A stretch of 64,000 bases of DNA from Paramecium tetraurelia (taxonomy: Eukaryota), in NCBI GenBank assembly GCA_000165425.1, contig CT868119.1, positions 434,001 through 498,000 of the forward strand, written 5' to 3'. Below are positions 11,671 to 25,503 of this stretch, piece by piece; the stretch's first letter is position 1, and each line of letters opens with the position of its first letter. The position numbers and the translations under genes were made by a program. The notes beneath the pieces are model-generated. The model ran no database searches, was not told where the DNA came from, and worked only from the letters and a program-made list of their open reading frames with translations.

Positions 11671-13418
11671 ATGATATTTAGCAAAGGTCTAGTGCAAAAT
11701 TAAGAGTTTTGGAATAAATCTGACATTCCAATATTTGATAAGGAGGACTTTCAAAGTGTTTAAGTGTTAATGGGGAATTTTACAAAAGTTGGGAGGACCT
11801 TCAAATAGAGATGCCTCAGAACTTACTTTTTGGTGAAATAATTTTTATTATACTCGGATGTGGGAAGTGGAAACAATATTAAAGGATTTGTATAATTGGA
11901 TACTGTATATTGTTAATTTAATTAATTGGAAACAGGATTTTAAATAGCATTAATAAATAATGGTTACTAAATTCACCTGAATACAGAGGACAAGCAACAA
12001 TTCAAAATCTGGGTAGATGCTTTGTCTAATTGTTGTATCTTAAGTGATTTCGATAAAGTATACAAACTGGGAATACAAATAGGTTAAGGAAGTTTTTCAA
12101 CAGTAAACCAAAATATTTATTTTAAGGTTCATTAATGTTCGAATGGGGATGGTGAGATATTTGCTGTAAAAATAATAAAAAAACAAACAATAAAATAATT
12201 TAATAAAAATAAGAGTTATGAGGAATAATTATTAAATGAAATCTAAACTCTTAGAATGTTTAATCATGCTAATATTTTAAAATTATACAGAGTTTATGAG
12301 AATCAACAAAAAATATGTTTATTGACTGAATACATCGATGGTCCAGAGTTGGTTTCGTAACAGTCTTCAAAAAAGATCTATTCCTCGGATGATTTAAGAA
12401 TAATGATAATTCACCTATTCAGTGCAGTTGAATAGATTCATTAATAGAAAGTGATGCATAGAGATATTAAACCATAAAACATCATATTAAATAATAATAA
12501 TATACAGAACCCAGTTCTAATTGATTTTGGATTGGCAGCATTTACATGTTAGAACAATGTGCCTTTTCCATAATGTGGAAGTCCTGGGTATCAAATTAGA
12601 CTATATTTAATTTTAGCTATTCAGCCCCTGAAGTATTGAAATATGATGAATCTAAAAAGATATACAATCAATAATGTGATATCTTTAGTTTGGGAATAAC
12701 TTTATTTGTTGTTCTTTATGGTTATAATCCATTTAAGCAAAATGATTTAAAATAAACCATTAAAAAAAATACTGATGGATATTTCGAAATACCTTCATCC
12801 AAATATCCAAAATCATGTAAATACATCTTTATTAATCTAGTGGAGAATCTAATCTGCCAAATGACAAAAAAGTACCCTAAGGATAGAATTACCATTAGAG
12901 ACGCATTAGACCATTCCTTTTTCAAGACTCCTTTTTTTTGTTAAATTCAGTTGCCAAAATAAATTGTATCTAAATAATATCGTGACATCATTGCCAAAGG
13001 AGAAAATAACACTCATATTCATGCCAGCATGGAAATGGATTAGAATATCAATTATGTAAGCCAAGCTAATACTTAAACTACTCCTCAAAACAATGGATAT
13101 AAAAATAGAACCATTTCAATAATGAGTGTGCCTATTAGCAGAAAGAGCTAAGACTATTAAAAATAACAAGAGATTAGTTCATATTCTAGAACTTCCAATG
13201 ATAAGGATTGTAATCCACAGGATAAAATTCGTATACCGTCTAAGACATTATCTTATCAAAAAAACATTTAATTAGATTTTGAGGACGAATATCAACTGAA
13301 TTGTTTGGAACATGATAATAATTTTGTAGATCAAGAACATTTATATAAACTTAACTTCTCTATTAACTAAAAGTTATTTTAAACCTCTAGGCTTAGTGTA
13401 AATAAACACGATAATTGA
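11671..13418 (+). CDS. PH-domain + CAMK-type Ser/Thr protein kinase
   Basis: Kinase motifs IGQGSFSTV, FAVK, HRDIKPQN, IDFGLA and CGSPGYSAPE. The N-terminal PH-like region ends FKIWVDALS. Confidence 0.9.
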
Positions 13419-13472
13419 CTATTTTGTATTTTATATTTATTATTTCCTATATATACTTTATTTGTTTATTTA

Positions 13473-15289
13473 TCATTTATATTTTTGAAGAATTCCACCA
13501 GATGAAGCAACCAAACAACCTGCTTCGTGAATCCAAAGTAGTGGTTCAGGGAAATTCTTCTTAGGTCCATTGATCACTTTGATTTCCCCATCAATAACAG
13601 AAATAAATTTGTGAGTACCATCCCAAGAAGATGTAACAAATAATCTAAAAGATATTAAATGATCTCTTTACTTTTAGTCTATTCTAATAAGAAATCTAAC
13701 TATAGATTCATGAGCCTTGATAACTTACTATATTTCGATTGATTAAACAAAGGTGTAAATTCTTACTTCTCCAGAACTATTTCCAGTAACAAATCTAACT
13801 CCATCCAAAGCAATCACTGACTTAATTTCACTTTCCTAAGAAACAATTCCAACCAGATCTCCAGTTAAAAATTTGTAAGCCGCAAGCATACCATCATCAG
13901 AAACTGAGGCTATAATTTCTGGAGTTATCAAAGCTATATCATTAACACTTGCTTAATGGACAGCTATCTTCTACACTTACTATTAGTTTTAAGTATTAAA
14001 GATTTTAATAGTCTTAAATAACAATAGATAATTACTCCATCTTCTGAACATGATGCTATTAGATTTTTAGGTAAATTGATGACCTACCAAATGTATTTGT
14101 CATGAGCATTGATGACTTTCCATTTGTCAAAGGTTTCCCAATCCCAAAATTACAACTAAAAAGATTCCTCATTCTCTTCAACACTTATTATTATTCCTTA
14201 TTATACCTTGCAATTATGTATGTTTTTTTATCTAATGTCACTGAACACAAAGCCGAGATATCATTTTCACAATCTACTTATGATATAAATGAAAAGTTTT
14301 TGGTTTTGTCAAATATCATAATTCTAGTCCCAGAACTATAGGCAAGTAATTTTTAATCAATCGAAATGATCGATTTCACTTAAGGATTCTCTTACCTCTC
14401 CATTTGGTTTGGCTCAATTACCAGGTCTTTCACTCCTTAAATCTTTTTATTTAACTAACATTTATTACAGATTTAATTTATTCAACCAAATACTCTTGTT
14501 CTTGTTTATTCTTCTCAATTAAAAACTAAAATGTAGGCTCCTACAAATCTACCTTTGGAGCCTCAGCTACACTCTAGAATCAATTAGATTTATTATCATA
14601 CCTATTTACTTATCTATTCAATCTTCTTAGAAATTTCGTTTTTGTATTGAGTAAACTCATTTAGAATCATTTCCAATTTTTTTTTGACTCCCTGAGCATC
14701 TTTTAAAGCATCTATAAATTTTCTTGCTTCCTGCTCATGAAATAGTACTTTAGTCAATAGACTTGCGCTTAAATCATCTCCTTTTTAAAAAGGAATCTGC
14801 TAATCAATGATAGAACTAAATTGATCAATAGTATTTGGAGTGACTAACTAGATTAGGATTATCAAATTTATTTACATCGAATATGTCGTCAACGGTGAAA
14901 AGATTATTGGGTAATTTCTTAAATATGCAATTTACAAATAACTAATGGATGCCATTTAATAAGATTTCATGAATAGAATCAGCTGTTTGCACTAATTTGA
15001 TTCTCAATTATTCGGTCTCATTAAATAATGGAGTCATTTTTAATTTGTATTCCCCAACTAAATCATTAGATGTTTAAGTTTAGAGTTTATTTTACATTTC
15101 TTTAAAAGTTACAAACTATTCCTTCATTCTAGACTGTTTGCACAAAGCGCATGCTTTAAATGTTTGACTTCTGTCTGTATAATTTAAACTTACACAGTCA
15201 TAAGCATTATTGTGAATTTTACATTTATCCTCCAAGGAGATACCCCCTTTTTCATTAGCCTTTTTGTTTTTGCCACTACAAGCAAACAT
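13473..15289 (-). CDS. WD40-repeat protein with N-terminal Cys/His cluster and coiled coil
   Basis: N-terminal CKIH...CALC. C-terminal WD repeats include AHDKYIWQV...IASCSEDG, VHQASVNDI, AHESIVRFL and FVTSSWDG. Confidence 0.8.
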
Positions 15290-15770
15290 AGTTATTTGAA
15301 ATTTAATTAATCTAATTAATTACAGTATTATTATCAATTATATGAATATATAAATTTAATATTTTACATTATATAAAATATTGATCAAAATAAAGGAGAA
15401 GGAACTGTTTTTTAAGAATGTATTAAATATTCTAAAATGTTTTTATTGGTTAATTACTGGTTGAGGGTATTTTAAATGGAATTAGTTCCTTAATATGTTA
15501 CAATTTAGCTATACTGCTATCGATAACAATAATAAGAGATTGCCAATTTACAAGTAGATCAATAAGAAATTTATAGTAAAGGCAGAATTATTGTTATTTA
15601 ATCAAAAAGTTGGGATTACTGTTTCACCAATATTTCATAGTTATAATATAAAATATTGTAGTTTCCCCATGGAATAGCATTGTTTAACTGAAGTTATTTT
15701 ATTGAAATTATAGCAATCATTTATATAATTGGAATATTACTAATTTCATCATTGATATATGACAACAAAT

Positions 15771-16107
15771 TCATGTATTGGGAGATGGTAAAGTTGATGT
15801 ATTTTCATGAGCTAAATAAAATAATTATTATACATAAAATTAGTATTTATTTCAAGGCAGCCGATGAAAGCTCAAAAATATGATCTATTCTAGCTTTCGT
15901 TTGTTTTCGTTTCCTAAAATAGAGAAATATATATCCAACGGTTGTCATTAACCAAATGCCCAACCAAATCCACAATACTCTCAAGCAATAACTTATATCT
16001 GCACAAGTGTAATTTTATTAAACTTTAACACAACATTAACAATTAGACGAACAATTTCCTTTTATCATTTGAACACACGAAATGAACAATAAAATTTGTA
16101 AGTACAT
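15771..16107 (-). CDS. Small Cys-rich type I membrane protein (~100 aa)
   Basis: MYLQILLFISCVQMIKG-NCSSNCQCCVKVQQNYTCADISYC-LRVLWIWLGIWLMTTVGYIFLYF-RKRKQ...; a probable 22-nt intron near the 3' end. Confidence 0.68.
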
Positions 16108-16346
16108 ATTTTATTGTAAAGTATTGTTTTATCAAAATGTGGGCAATATATATATTATAATGATTTGATATTGAATTAGATCATAATTTTATTATGGAAT
16201 CAATATTTCAACTAAACTAAGATTGTCATTTCAATATAGAATTTTAAACATAACAAAAATATATTCCTCAAATACTAAATATATAATATTTGGTTGAATA
16301 TTACTATTAATCTTCTAGATAACTTAAATAATTTTAATATATGTTA

Positions 16347-17258
16347 TCAATTTGTAAAAAAACTAATGAATTCCTATTCTTCTATTGAACCACTATTGTT
16401 TTGATCCATAATTCTATAGACTCTATTGATTGCTGCCTTATTCCAATCTAATTCAAGCTAAGAAATTCAATTATTAAATTTACCTTTTTGAGTAAAAAGA
16501 TGAATTCACTAATTGATAGATCTTTAGATTTATTAGTGTCAAACTCTTGAAAAACATTCACTATAAACTTTTTACCACCTGCCCTTGCTATTAGTCTTTC
16601 TTTAATCTATTATAAACTATTCTATAAATATTCTTGGAATGCAGTGTCTTCTTGTTTTTCATCAATATTCCAAGCCTTAGATAAAATAGATGTAAAGGTT
16701 TCGTCTGATGCAATATTTAATGATAGTTCTTCATGAAATTCCATAAATTATTCATAGGTTAATTCATCACCTACACGAATATTATCGATAAATGTCTTCA
16801 TTCCATCTGTTAAATTGTCAATCTTATAAATTTATCCTAGATTTATCGGGTTTATCTTACTTAAAAAATCTGATGTTATTTTAGTATTATGTTAACTCTC
16901 ATATACTTTGAGTACCATTGCATTTCTTCTTTCATTCATCTCTTCTCTAATAAATGTTAAAAATTCTCGAAAACTCAAAAATCCATCTCCGTCTTTATCA
17001 AAATATTTAATCAGTGCTTGTAATTCAACAACTTTTAAGAACATTCCAACACTCTTCAATAAGTTATCTAATTCTTCTAGATTTAGTTTTCCGTTACCAT
17101 TTTTGTCATATTATTAGAATATTGCTCTAATTTTAATGACTTTCTTTATACTTTAATCTTGATAATGTACAATAGGGATTAGCTTTACAAACATGGTTTC
17201 TGAATCTAAAAACCAATTCTTACACAGCAGTTGGCAATCCCACTCCATAATATGCCAT
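16347..17258 (-). CDS. Calcyphosin-like EF-hand protein
   Basis: EF hands FQQYDKNGNGKLNLEEL and YFDKDGDGFLSFREFL, then EMNERR and SLNIASDETF...AWNI, as in calcyphosin. Confidence 0.82.
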
Positions 17259-17341
17259 AGTTTTTATTTATATTATTTAATAAATTTAACAATAAATAGA
17301 AATTGGTATACTTATTAATTAATCTTTATGAATTTAATTAA

Positions 17342-18452
17342 TCACAACTTTTTTCAGCAAACAAGAGTTTTATAAATAAGTAAAATTCATTTCATTGAAT
17401 GAATTGAGAAGAGACTGAATAAGAATTATATTATGGAAATTCAAACTTAGGTTTATTTTGAGATTTTTCACAAGTTTTCTCTAATTCTAGGTAACCCTCT
17501 AGATTCTGTACTTATAATTTAAGTTATTCATTTTGGACTTATGTGCCACATTAAGTTTTTAATAGTTTATGAGTTCGATTTTTGATTTATAAATCCTAAA
17601 ATTAAACAAGTGTTTTTACAGATCTCCCAGGAAACTATCGAGCGATCTAAGACCATTTAGATCCTAGTTAATTATACAACTACAATAATTTTTGATCTTC
17701 CTACTTAGACCATGGCTATTACTTTACATCGATAATATCTGACCTTAACTTGTTTATATATCTCTCCCTTATTTGTTTCCCCGTTTTATTTTTTAAAACT
17801 TTAATATATGATATATTATCTACTTGCTGCTATTGTTGCCCAATTATTTTCTTCCGTATTAACATTATCCCTGATTATTTAATCTTCCTCAGGAGTCCAT
17901 TTGCTTTTCTATGATTATTCAGGTTTATGTTTTCTCTACCAATACTATTTACATTATGTCAAAGTTCTTCCTGGCATTCTTTCAACAATCCTCTGCCAAT
18001 CGCCATTAAATTATTAATACAAATTTGCTAGTATATCATTTTCTTCTTGAGTCCATTTTTTCATTTTTCCAGTCTAAATTCTATTCTAACTAATAGATTA
18101 CATTTCTTTCAATCTCCCTACTTCTACTTCTGGATTCAAAGGTGCAATCCTCCACTTTAGATTAATTATTGAAACACTAAATTTTGCTCAACAATCTAGA
18201 GTCGTTTTCTATTACAAAATTATGTGTAGACGACAATTTCTATAATGCATCCAAATTTTCAGAAACATGGTTAATTTCTTCCTAGCAACTAAAATTTATT
18301 TCCTCCAATTACTTTATATCTCCAAGTAAGTCACATTCAAACTATAATTAATTGTTTTAATCTATTATGTCATTCTGAAACTAATCTTCCTAAACAAAGC
18401 AAAACTAATCATCATTCAAAGGATCAAAGTTGAAGTCTTCATCATAGCTCAT
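17342..18452 (-). CDS. Three-repeat Myb-domain protein
   Basis: KWTQEEND...GRTLTQCKQYW; KWTPEEDQII...KTGKQIRERYINKL; PWSKQEDQKLL...GSKWSQIARQFPGRSEN. Confidence 0.9.
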
Positions 18453-18890
18453 TTTAAATAAATATAAGTAATTATCGAAAAAAAACAGATCAAAAATCAT
18501 ATTCCATCATGTTTCTATCATCAATAACATATAATTCTTAGTTTTAGACTAAACCAATTAATGAATTGTTAAAAATATACATTTTAATTTACAATTGCTA
18601 ATCTATCTGGTTAGAATATTATATAAATAATTATATAAATTGCGTTTTTCAACATAATTAATATTAAATTTCTTGACAATTCTTGCCATAACTTGTAGTG
18701 CATCATTATAATTTGATATTAAATATTACAAAATAAATCAGTCTAAATGAAAGTCAAGAATGAGGTTTCGAATAATGTTACTTCTCATGCAATTTAATAA
18801 AGAAAATAACAACTAACATTTTTAATTAAGTTTTATATAATCAAAATTTTTAAGGCTCAATTGTTTTAAAATTTTTTTTGTTTCCAAAGA

Positions 18891-19946
18891 TCAATGAGTT
18901 ATTTAATATTTCTATTTTACATATTTTATGCAATTTCTTATTCTTAATTTAAATTATCTTGACAAACCATGACAAACATACCCATGTGAATTGATGTTAA
19001 AGTATTGTGAAGAGTTTCTCCATTGCTATCTGATTATTTGAAAATTGGGTCCAGAATACCATTCAAAAGGATTTCAAATATGCATTTAGATATCAGAAAC
19101 AAGATTGCTATAACCTTATCTTTGTCATTTTTTGTTAGAGACAATAAATCATCCTTAAATAACGTTATGCAAGATAACATATAAATCAATTAAAAGACTG
19201 TTGTTTATTTAGCTTCAATTTCCTGAGACTTTTTCTTAGTTAACTTCTCTAATTAATACATTTAATAGAGGATTGAGTATAGAAGATTGCAATGATTGAT
19301 GTCATTTTCATCATAAGGCTTCTTTCCTTCATTTATGATAATTTGTTTTTAAATTTAATAGAATGATTGTTTTGTTGTTATTGTAAAACAACAGCATTTT
19401 GCCAATGTTTTTCTTTTTAAATATGGTTGATTTAACTCTTATATATGATATTTAACTAAAATTTCACTTAGAGCCTACATCTAACTAAAACTCAAATATA
19501 TTGTACCAATTGACATAAAGATGTTCTCCTTTGCCTTTTTTTTATATTGGAATAGGGGATTCTAAATTTTCGTTATCAAACACACTGTTCTATTCCTCTT
19601 ACCTATATTCAATTGAATATTAAGATTGATTTTATTGTTTTATTTATATTTATTTTTGTCTTGATAAAAAATTCTGTTGTTAAACTATGTTTTATTATTC
19701 GTTATGCTACATTTAATCTAAATTATCACACTAATCTTTAGATTCATTTGCAGGTTCTTGCCGAGAGTATCGAGTATTCTACTTTTGATTTAAATCATTT
19801 TTAATATTTTTGGAAAAAAGATTTACTTAAATGAAATCCACTCGTTTTTAGTATTATTATTAGAATTGAGATTATTAAAATGTTTAATCCATTGTACTGG
19901 CTGTGCCGAGTCTTTCCATCAATTTCTTATCCTCATTATTAATCAT
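18891..19946 (-). CDS. Hypothetical protein
   Basis: MINNEDKKLMERLGTASTMDQ... forms a long open frame in the ciliate code; no recognised motif. Confidence 0.5.
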
Positions 19947-20963
19947 TTAAGAAAAAGTATTTATTAATATTTATAAACATTAATGAAAATTATCATCAAA
20001 ATTTTTGACCATGCTTATTAATTTAAATCACCTGACCATTCCAAATACTCCTTCTGATTACTTTTTATTGAAATAACAGAAAAATATTTTGTTAATAAAA
20101 TTTCAGTTATTTTATTAATCATTATATAATTCCTCTCAGATTTAATATATATGATTGATAAAATAGAAATTCTTTTCACTTTTAATATTTTGAATTAATT
20201 ACTCATCTATAAACAATTTCTAAATTAATTCCTTAAATGTTCTTTTTTCAATATAAATCATATATAATTTTTCAATATCTCTATTTTTTATTATATTATG
20301 AAAATGCTCTTTCATATGCACTTTTGAGAATGATGTTTTCTTTCTTTATTATTAGCAATTAATTGAACTTTATCAATTCATTGTGTTGTTAATCCTTATT
20401 CTCTAGATTATTTTTAGATCAAACAAATAGTTTATTCGAACAGTATTTTTCAAGACTTATATACTCCTATCTAAATTATTAAATTACAATTCATTGTTTA
20501 TTTTTTGTGGATTGGTTTAAAATTTTATATAGTTTGATATTTAAAATGTTTTCTAATTGTATGACTTTGGAGCTATACGCTACATTTATTAGGATATATT
20601 TGTTATTATTCAACTTGAATTATTAATTGTATAAATAGTATAATTGGTCCAATTAGCCTAAACATTTATCTAGATATAGTTATTTTAGGACTAGAGATTG
20701 CATCAAATATTCTTATAATAGTTTTCCTAATTAAATTTAAATCACTATGAAATAGATTTATAAAGTAAGACAACTACATTAATTACATAACCTAATCTAT
20801 AAATTGAACAGATTAGAAATGATAATCTTAATGGAATAAAAGAAATATATATATTATGAAAATTGTTTCAATTAATGTAATTTGTAATAATTAAATTGCC
20901 CTAATGATATAGAGCCTTTTAGATAATACATAATTATAAAATGTCATTAATTCTTATATACTC

Positions 20964-22683
20964 ATGCTATTCCAAAAAGGGATTTTACAAATTACATAAA
21001 ACAGCAATCTCTTGATTTTCTTCTCCTTTATTGCATTATTAATATTATTATAAAAAATATATATGTTAAATTCCAAGAAGCTAATTAAATAAAATCAGTT
21101 AACTGAATTAAATAATTTTCTTCTCTAAGTAAAGCAAGCATTTATTACAGATGTACATCATAAATAGTTTAAATAAAGGATTTTGAATTTGCAAATGAAC
21201 CTGAAAAAATAATTGATAATAAATTTCCATTATAAGAAATTATTGAAAATACTATTCCTTAGATTAAGTAGGATTAAATAAAGCAAGCTACATTGTAACC
21301 TTAGGATGATATATAGAATTTGTTATCGGGTTTGACTACTCTGTTGGAAAAAAATTTACAAGAATCTCATAATTTATATCAAATATTTCAATCTAATAAG
21401 TAGTTTAATAGTAAGTGTTAAGATTCTAATTCCTCCTTTTAATATTAAAAAGAAGAAAATATTGAAGCATTGCAAGAAGATATTAAATTAAATGAAATAA
21501 AATTATTGTAAATGCAGAATTCTCGATTACTGAATAAAATTGAGTCACTTAACGAATAGATTGCTCAATTCGAATCGGATCTACATGAAAACTCGAAAGA
21601 TTATCGATAATTGGTCAGTCTCATTAATTCTACATACTGTATTTAAAGAATTCAATATATGGTGTAACAAAATACAATTACTATTCTAGGGAAAGGAAAC
21701 GATGAAGAAATAGAGTAAGGAGTTTTTGTTATTGTTGATGATTAAATAATTTTATCTCCTAGTTATTTAGATGAAAATAAAATGATTTTAGATATTTCTC
21801 AAATTTTAGATGTCACTTATAAAAATGATTTCTAGATTATCATTCATTATAATGAAGGTAAATTAATTTTAATAATGGAAAATCAATAAGATTTTGCTAA
21901 AATTGATTTATCTCTATGGTCAACAATGCGAAGGAATGCTTGTTTGAATTCAGAGTAAATAATATATTTTATTACATAAGTAAATTATTTGAGAATAGTT
22001 TATTTGAAAGACCCTTCAGATAAGAAATTAATATAGACTTTAAAAAACTAAAAGAGCAACTATTTAATATTATTCCATAAATGGAATAGGAATCTAAACA
22101 ATAATAATAATAATAACAATACTAATAACAATAACAATAACAATTCACTTTAAATATAAAAGGCTCTGATCATTTTACAGAAGTTCACTAGAGTAGTAAT
22201 ATATAAGTTTAATCTCAATAATCACCTGAATTAAAAGGAACATAACCTAAATAACTAATTTAAGTAAATTAATAAACTAAATTATAACATGCTCTGCTTT
22301 AACTAAAATAAGGATTTTGTATGATTAAGTATTCAGAGGGATAAAGAAAGCCAAACATCAAAATTATTTATTTAACTGAAAATGAACAATACATAAAATG
22401 GAAAGATGAATTATAACCATTTGACTAAAAGAATACATCTGAATAAAAATCAATTTAAATTTCATAAATAAAAGAAGTCAAGGATAAAGCTCAAGGATCC
22501 GGTTTTGAGAAGTTTAAGAAATATCGATAGGGAAAAGAATCATTAGGCATCACAATTATTGCTAAGAGAAATTTAGAGTTAGATGCACCTAAACAAGAAA
22601 TTAAAGATTTATTTTTAGATTGTTTAAAGATATTGTTAGACAATAAACAAAATAATAAATTCGAATTGAAAAGCAAAAAGTGA
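20964..22683 (+). CDS. Coiled-coil, poly-Q and C-terminal PH-like domain protein
   Basis: C-terminus ALLQLKQGFCMIKYS...IIYLTENEQYIKW...IQISQIKEV...LELDAP...FLDCLKILL looks like a PLC-type PH fold. TAA/CAA poly-Gln at ~22099-22143. The start is uncertain. Confidence 0.6.
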
Positions 22684-23240
22684 AATCATATTTAATGAAT
22701 ACCTTCATTTAATAATTTATATTATTCTGTTAGGTTGTGAGTTCTCATTTTCTCATTATAATTAATCCTCATATTTACCAATATGTGAAATAAATATTAA
22801 AAATAAGGCTACTGTTAGTACGCCAGACTGTTATAATCCATAATATATCTATTTTTTTTATTACTAAATACATGTCTTTTTGCTTTCTATTGGAGCAAAT
22901 ATTCTTATTGCATCATCTAAATTCTCATTATTCAAAGAGTAAACTTTTAAATCATATTTTCAACAACAACAACCGGTAATTCATTTCTAATACATTTAAA
23001 GAAATTAAGAGAATTTTCTATTAATCAATCCTTTAAACAATGTATTTTAGATTAGATTTAACAGCAGAAAGTGATTCTTATTAGTATGTTTACAATTGTT
23101 ACTAGCCAGGTTTGATGAAATTTCTATTGATAACGATTGGGTGTTGTTTTACAATATTTTTAAGAAAGAGAAATAATTGTTTTATAATTTGTTTGGTGTT
23201 TTGGAATATATTAAAATCTTTAATTTTCATTTTTCAAATT

Positions 23241-23732
23241 ATGGCAGAATAAACATAAGACAAACAATTCAAGGGAGTTAAGAAGTTCACTTACAGAGGT
23301 CTCTAACTTGAAGAGTTGGTTAAACTACCTATGGATAAATTAGTGGAATAATTCAGAGCAAGATAAAGAAGAAGAATCTCAAATCAAGGGGAAAAAGTAC
23401 ATGCTTTCTAAAATTTAATGAAAAAGGTAGAAATGTGATTGTAAAATTAGATTAGAAAAAGCAAGAAGGAAACATTGCCTGGTGAAAAACCAAAACCAGT
23501 CAAGACTCATTAAAGAAACACAATTGTTGTTCCAGAAATGGTTGGTTCAATTGTTGGAGTTTATAATGGAAGATAATTTAGCAATGTTGAAATAAAGTTT
23601 GATATGATTGGCAGGTATGAGTGGTTTAATATATATTTTAGATATTTGGGTGAATTTTCATTAACCTATAAACCAACTAGACACGGAAAGCCAGGTGTAG
23701 GTGCAACTAAAGGATCTTAACACACAGATTGA
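23241..23732 (+). CDS. RPS15: 40S ribosomal protein S15 (uS19)
   Basis: [13 protein letters not shown]...[28 protein letters not shown]...[27 protein letters not shown]; two introns. Confidence 0.97.
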
Positions 23733-23789
23733 TATTATGGATTTAAAAGTACATTAAATTAATTTATATATATTTTTATTTTTTTCTTA

Positions 23790-25489
23790 TCATGCTTGAA
23801 GTTTACTTTCGCTTTGTTTTGATGTAGTGTCTTAAGACAAAGTCAAAGGTTTATGCTTTTCCAAGAATCGTTTATATCGTAACTATTCAATTATCTAATT
23901 TCTTTATTTTAAGAGACTCATATTTTATTTAAATTTCTTTTATTCTCTATCCATTTGCTTATCACATTTATTGTTATATTCTTATTTGATATGTATGAAT
24001 CTTCCCTAATTTTCAGCACTCAATTCTCTAATTTTATCAAATTTCTCATCCAATTCTTCTTATTTTTTTAATTTATGCTCAGCTAAATATTGATTCTTTT
24101 TTGCAAATTTTTCTTCTACTTTCTATCTTTTCTCCCTTATTAATAATTATAATATAATACTCGAACAATTTGAGTTTATCTGAATATCGTTTTTAAAATT
24201 ATTCTTCTTTTTATTTAACTTCTTCAATGTGTTCTTTTTCTAATTCTTAAGATTTATGATATTTAAGTTTCTTTTTCTCTTTATTATGAAATTTTTCAAT
24301 AACTGAAGCTAAATTTGAGTTATATACATTCTAAAATTAAGCTTCGCTTCTACTAATTAATAAAGGTAATTTTGCAGACCATTCATCAGGTTTCCTTATT
24401 TTTTTGATTGATTTTCGAGTTCTTTCAGTTTATATTTCTTTTAATCTGCTTTACATCAATTATTAGTCCTATTCATCTTTTTTTCTCAAGACTTAGTGTA
24501 ATTTCTCTTCATATATCCTTTGCTTTTCTTCTAATACATCTACATATGATTATTTAATTTGGTCAACTCTCTTTTATCTAATAATTATTTTAATTTATTA
24601 ATTACGCTTTTTCTATATTCTATTCTGTCTGTAGTTTCTTGACCTAAGCATTTTTATATTTCTCTTCTTGGACAACTGTTTTCATTTTAGTGGAAACTTC
24701 TAAGCTTTTAGATACATCTTTTCTTGCGATTTCGGACTTCTAATTTAAATTTTTTAATCTATTCTTTTTCTTCTTTTCCAATATTACTTCAAGTTTCTCT
24801 TTGTACTTTTCTTATTCCTCTTAGTTTTATTCTTCTTATTCTTTTCTTTTCTATTTACTTATAACCAAGATATTTACTTATTATAGTTTGTTGAATTTTA
24901 ATAATTGACGATCACTCGATTATACTTGAGTATCTATCCAACTTTCAATCATTTCAGTCGGACTTTTATAAGGAGCATATTCACTTATATTGATACTGCT
25001 ATTCATGCTCTGATCTAGAGCTTGGATCGATTTGGGACGTTACTATTTCTCAATCCATTCTTCTCTTTTGTATTTATTCCGTTATAAAATCACAGACTTT
25101 TTAATTTGGGCAACTTAGAAGTAGTGCAGCCAATATCTCTTCTCAGTTAACTCTTCTGATTCTCCGTTTTTCTTAAATTCTGATTTATCCCTAAGTGTTA
25201 AAAGGATTAATTATACAGCAATTCTAATTAATAGGAATAGATGTTTAAATCCTGTAAAGCTTTGTTAGTTTTGGGGGATTAGGGGTCGAATTTAGTGTTA
25301 TTCAAATTTACAAGTGTCTCGTTGGTTTTGATTTTGAAGTCTTTAAGGTATTTCTTATCTAAAGTCCTGTCATAGATGTCTTAAACTCTCTTACTTGGGA
25401 TTGCATGTTTTCATCAATTTAGTGGTCAGTTTATATACAGGTTCTTCGATTCTTATTGATTAAGCCTATTCATTTTATTATTATTCCAT
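23790..25489 (-). CDS. Long coiled-coil protein (E/K/Q-rich)
   Basis: Open in the ciliate code with tiny introns; charged heptad composition throughout. Confidence 0.6.
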
Positions 25490-25503
25490 AGTTTAAATAA
25501 TTA

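Noticed and set aside
15856..15905. GATGAAAGCT...AGCTTTCGTT hairpin as a SECIS or ncRNA
   Set aside because: It lacks the 3' GA of the SECIS quartet and lies within the minus-strand microprotein CDS.
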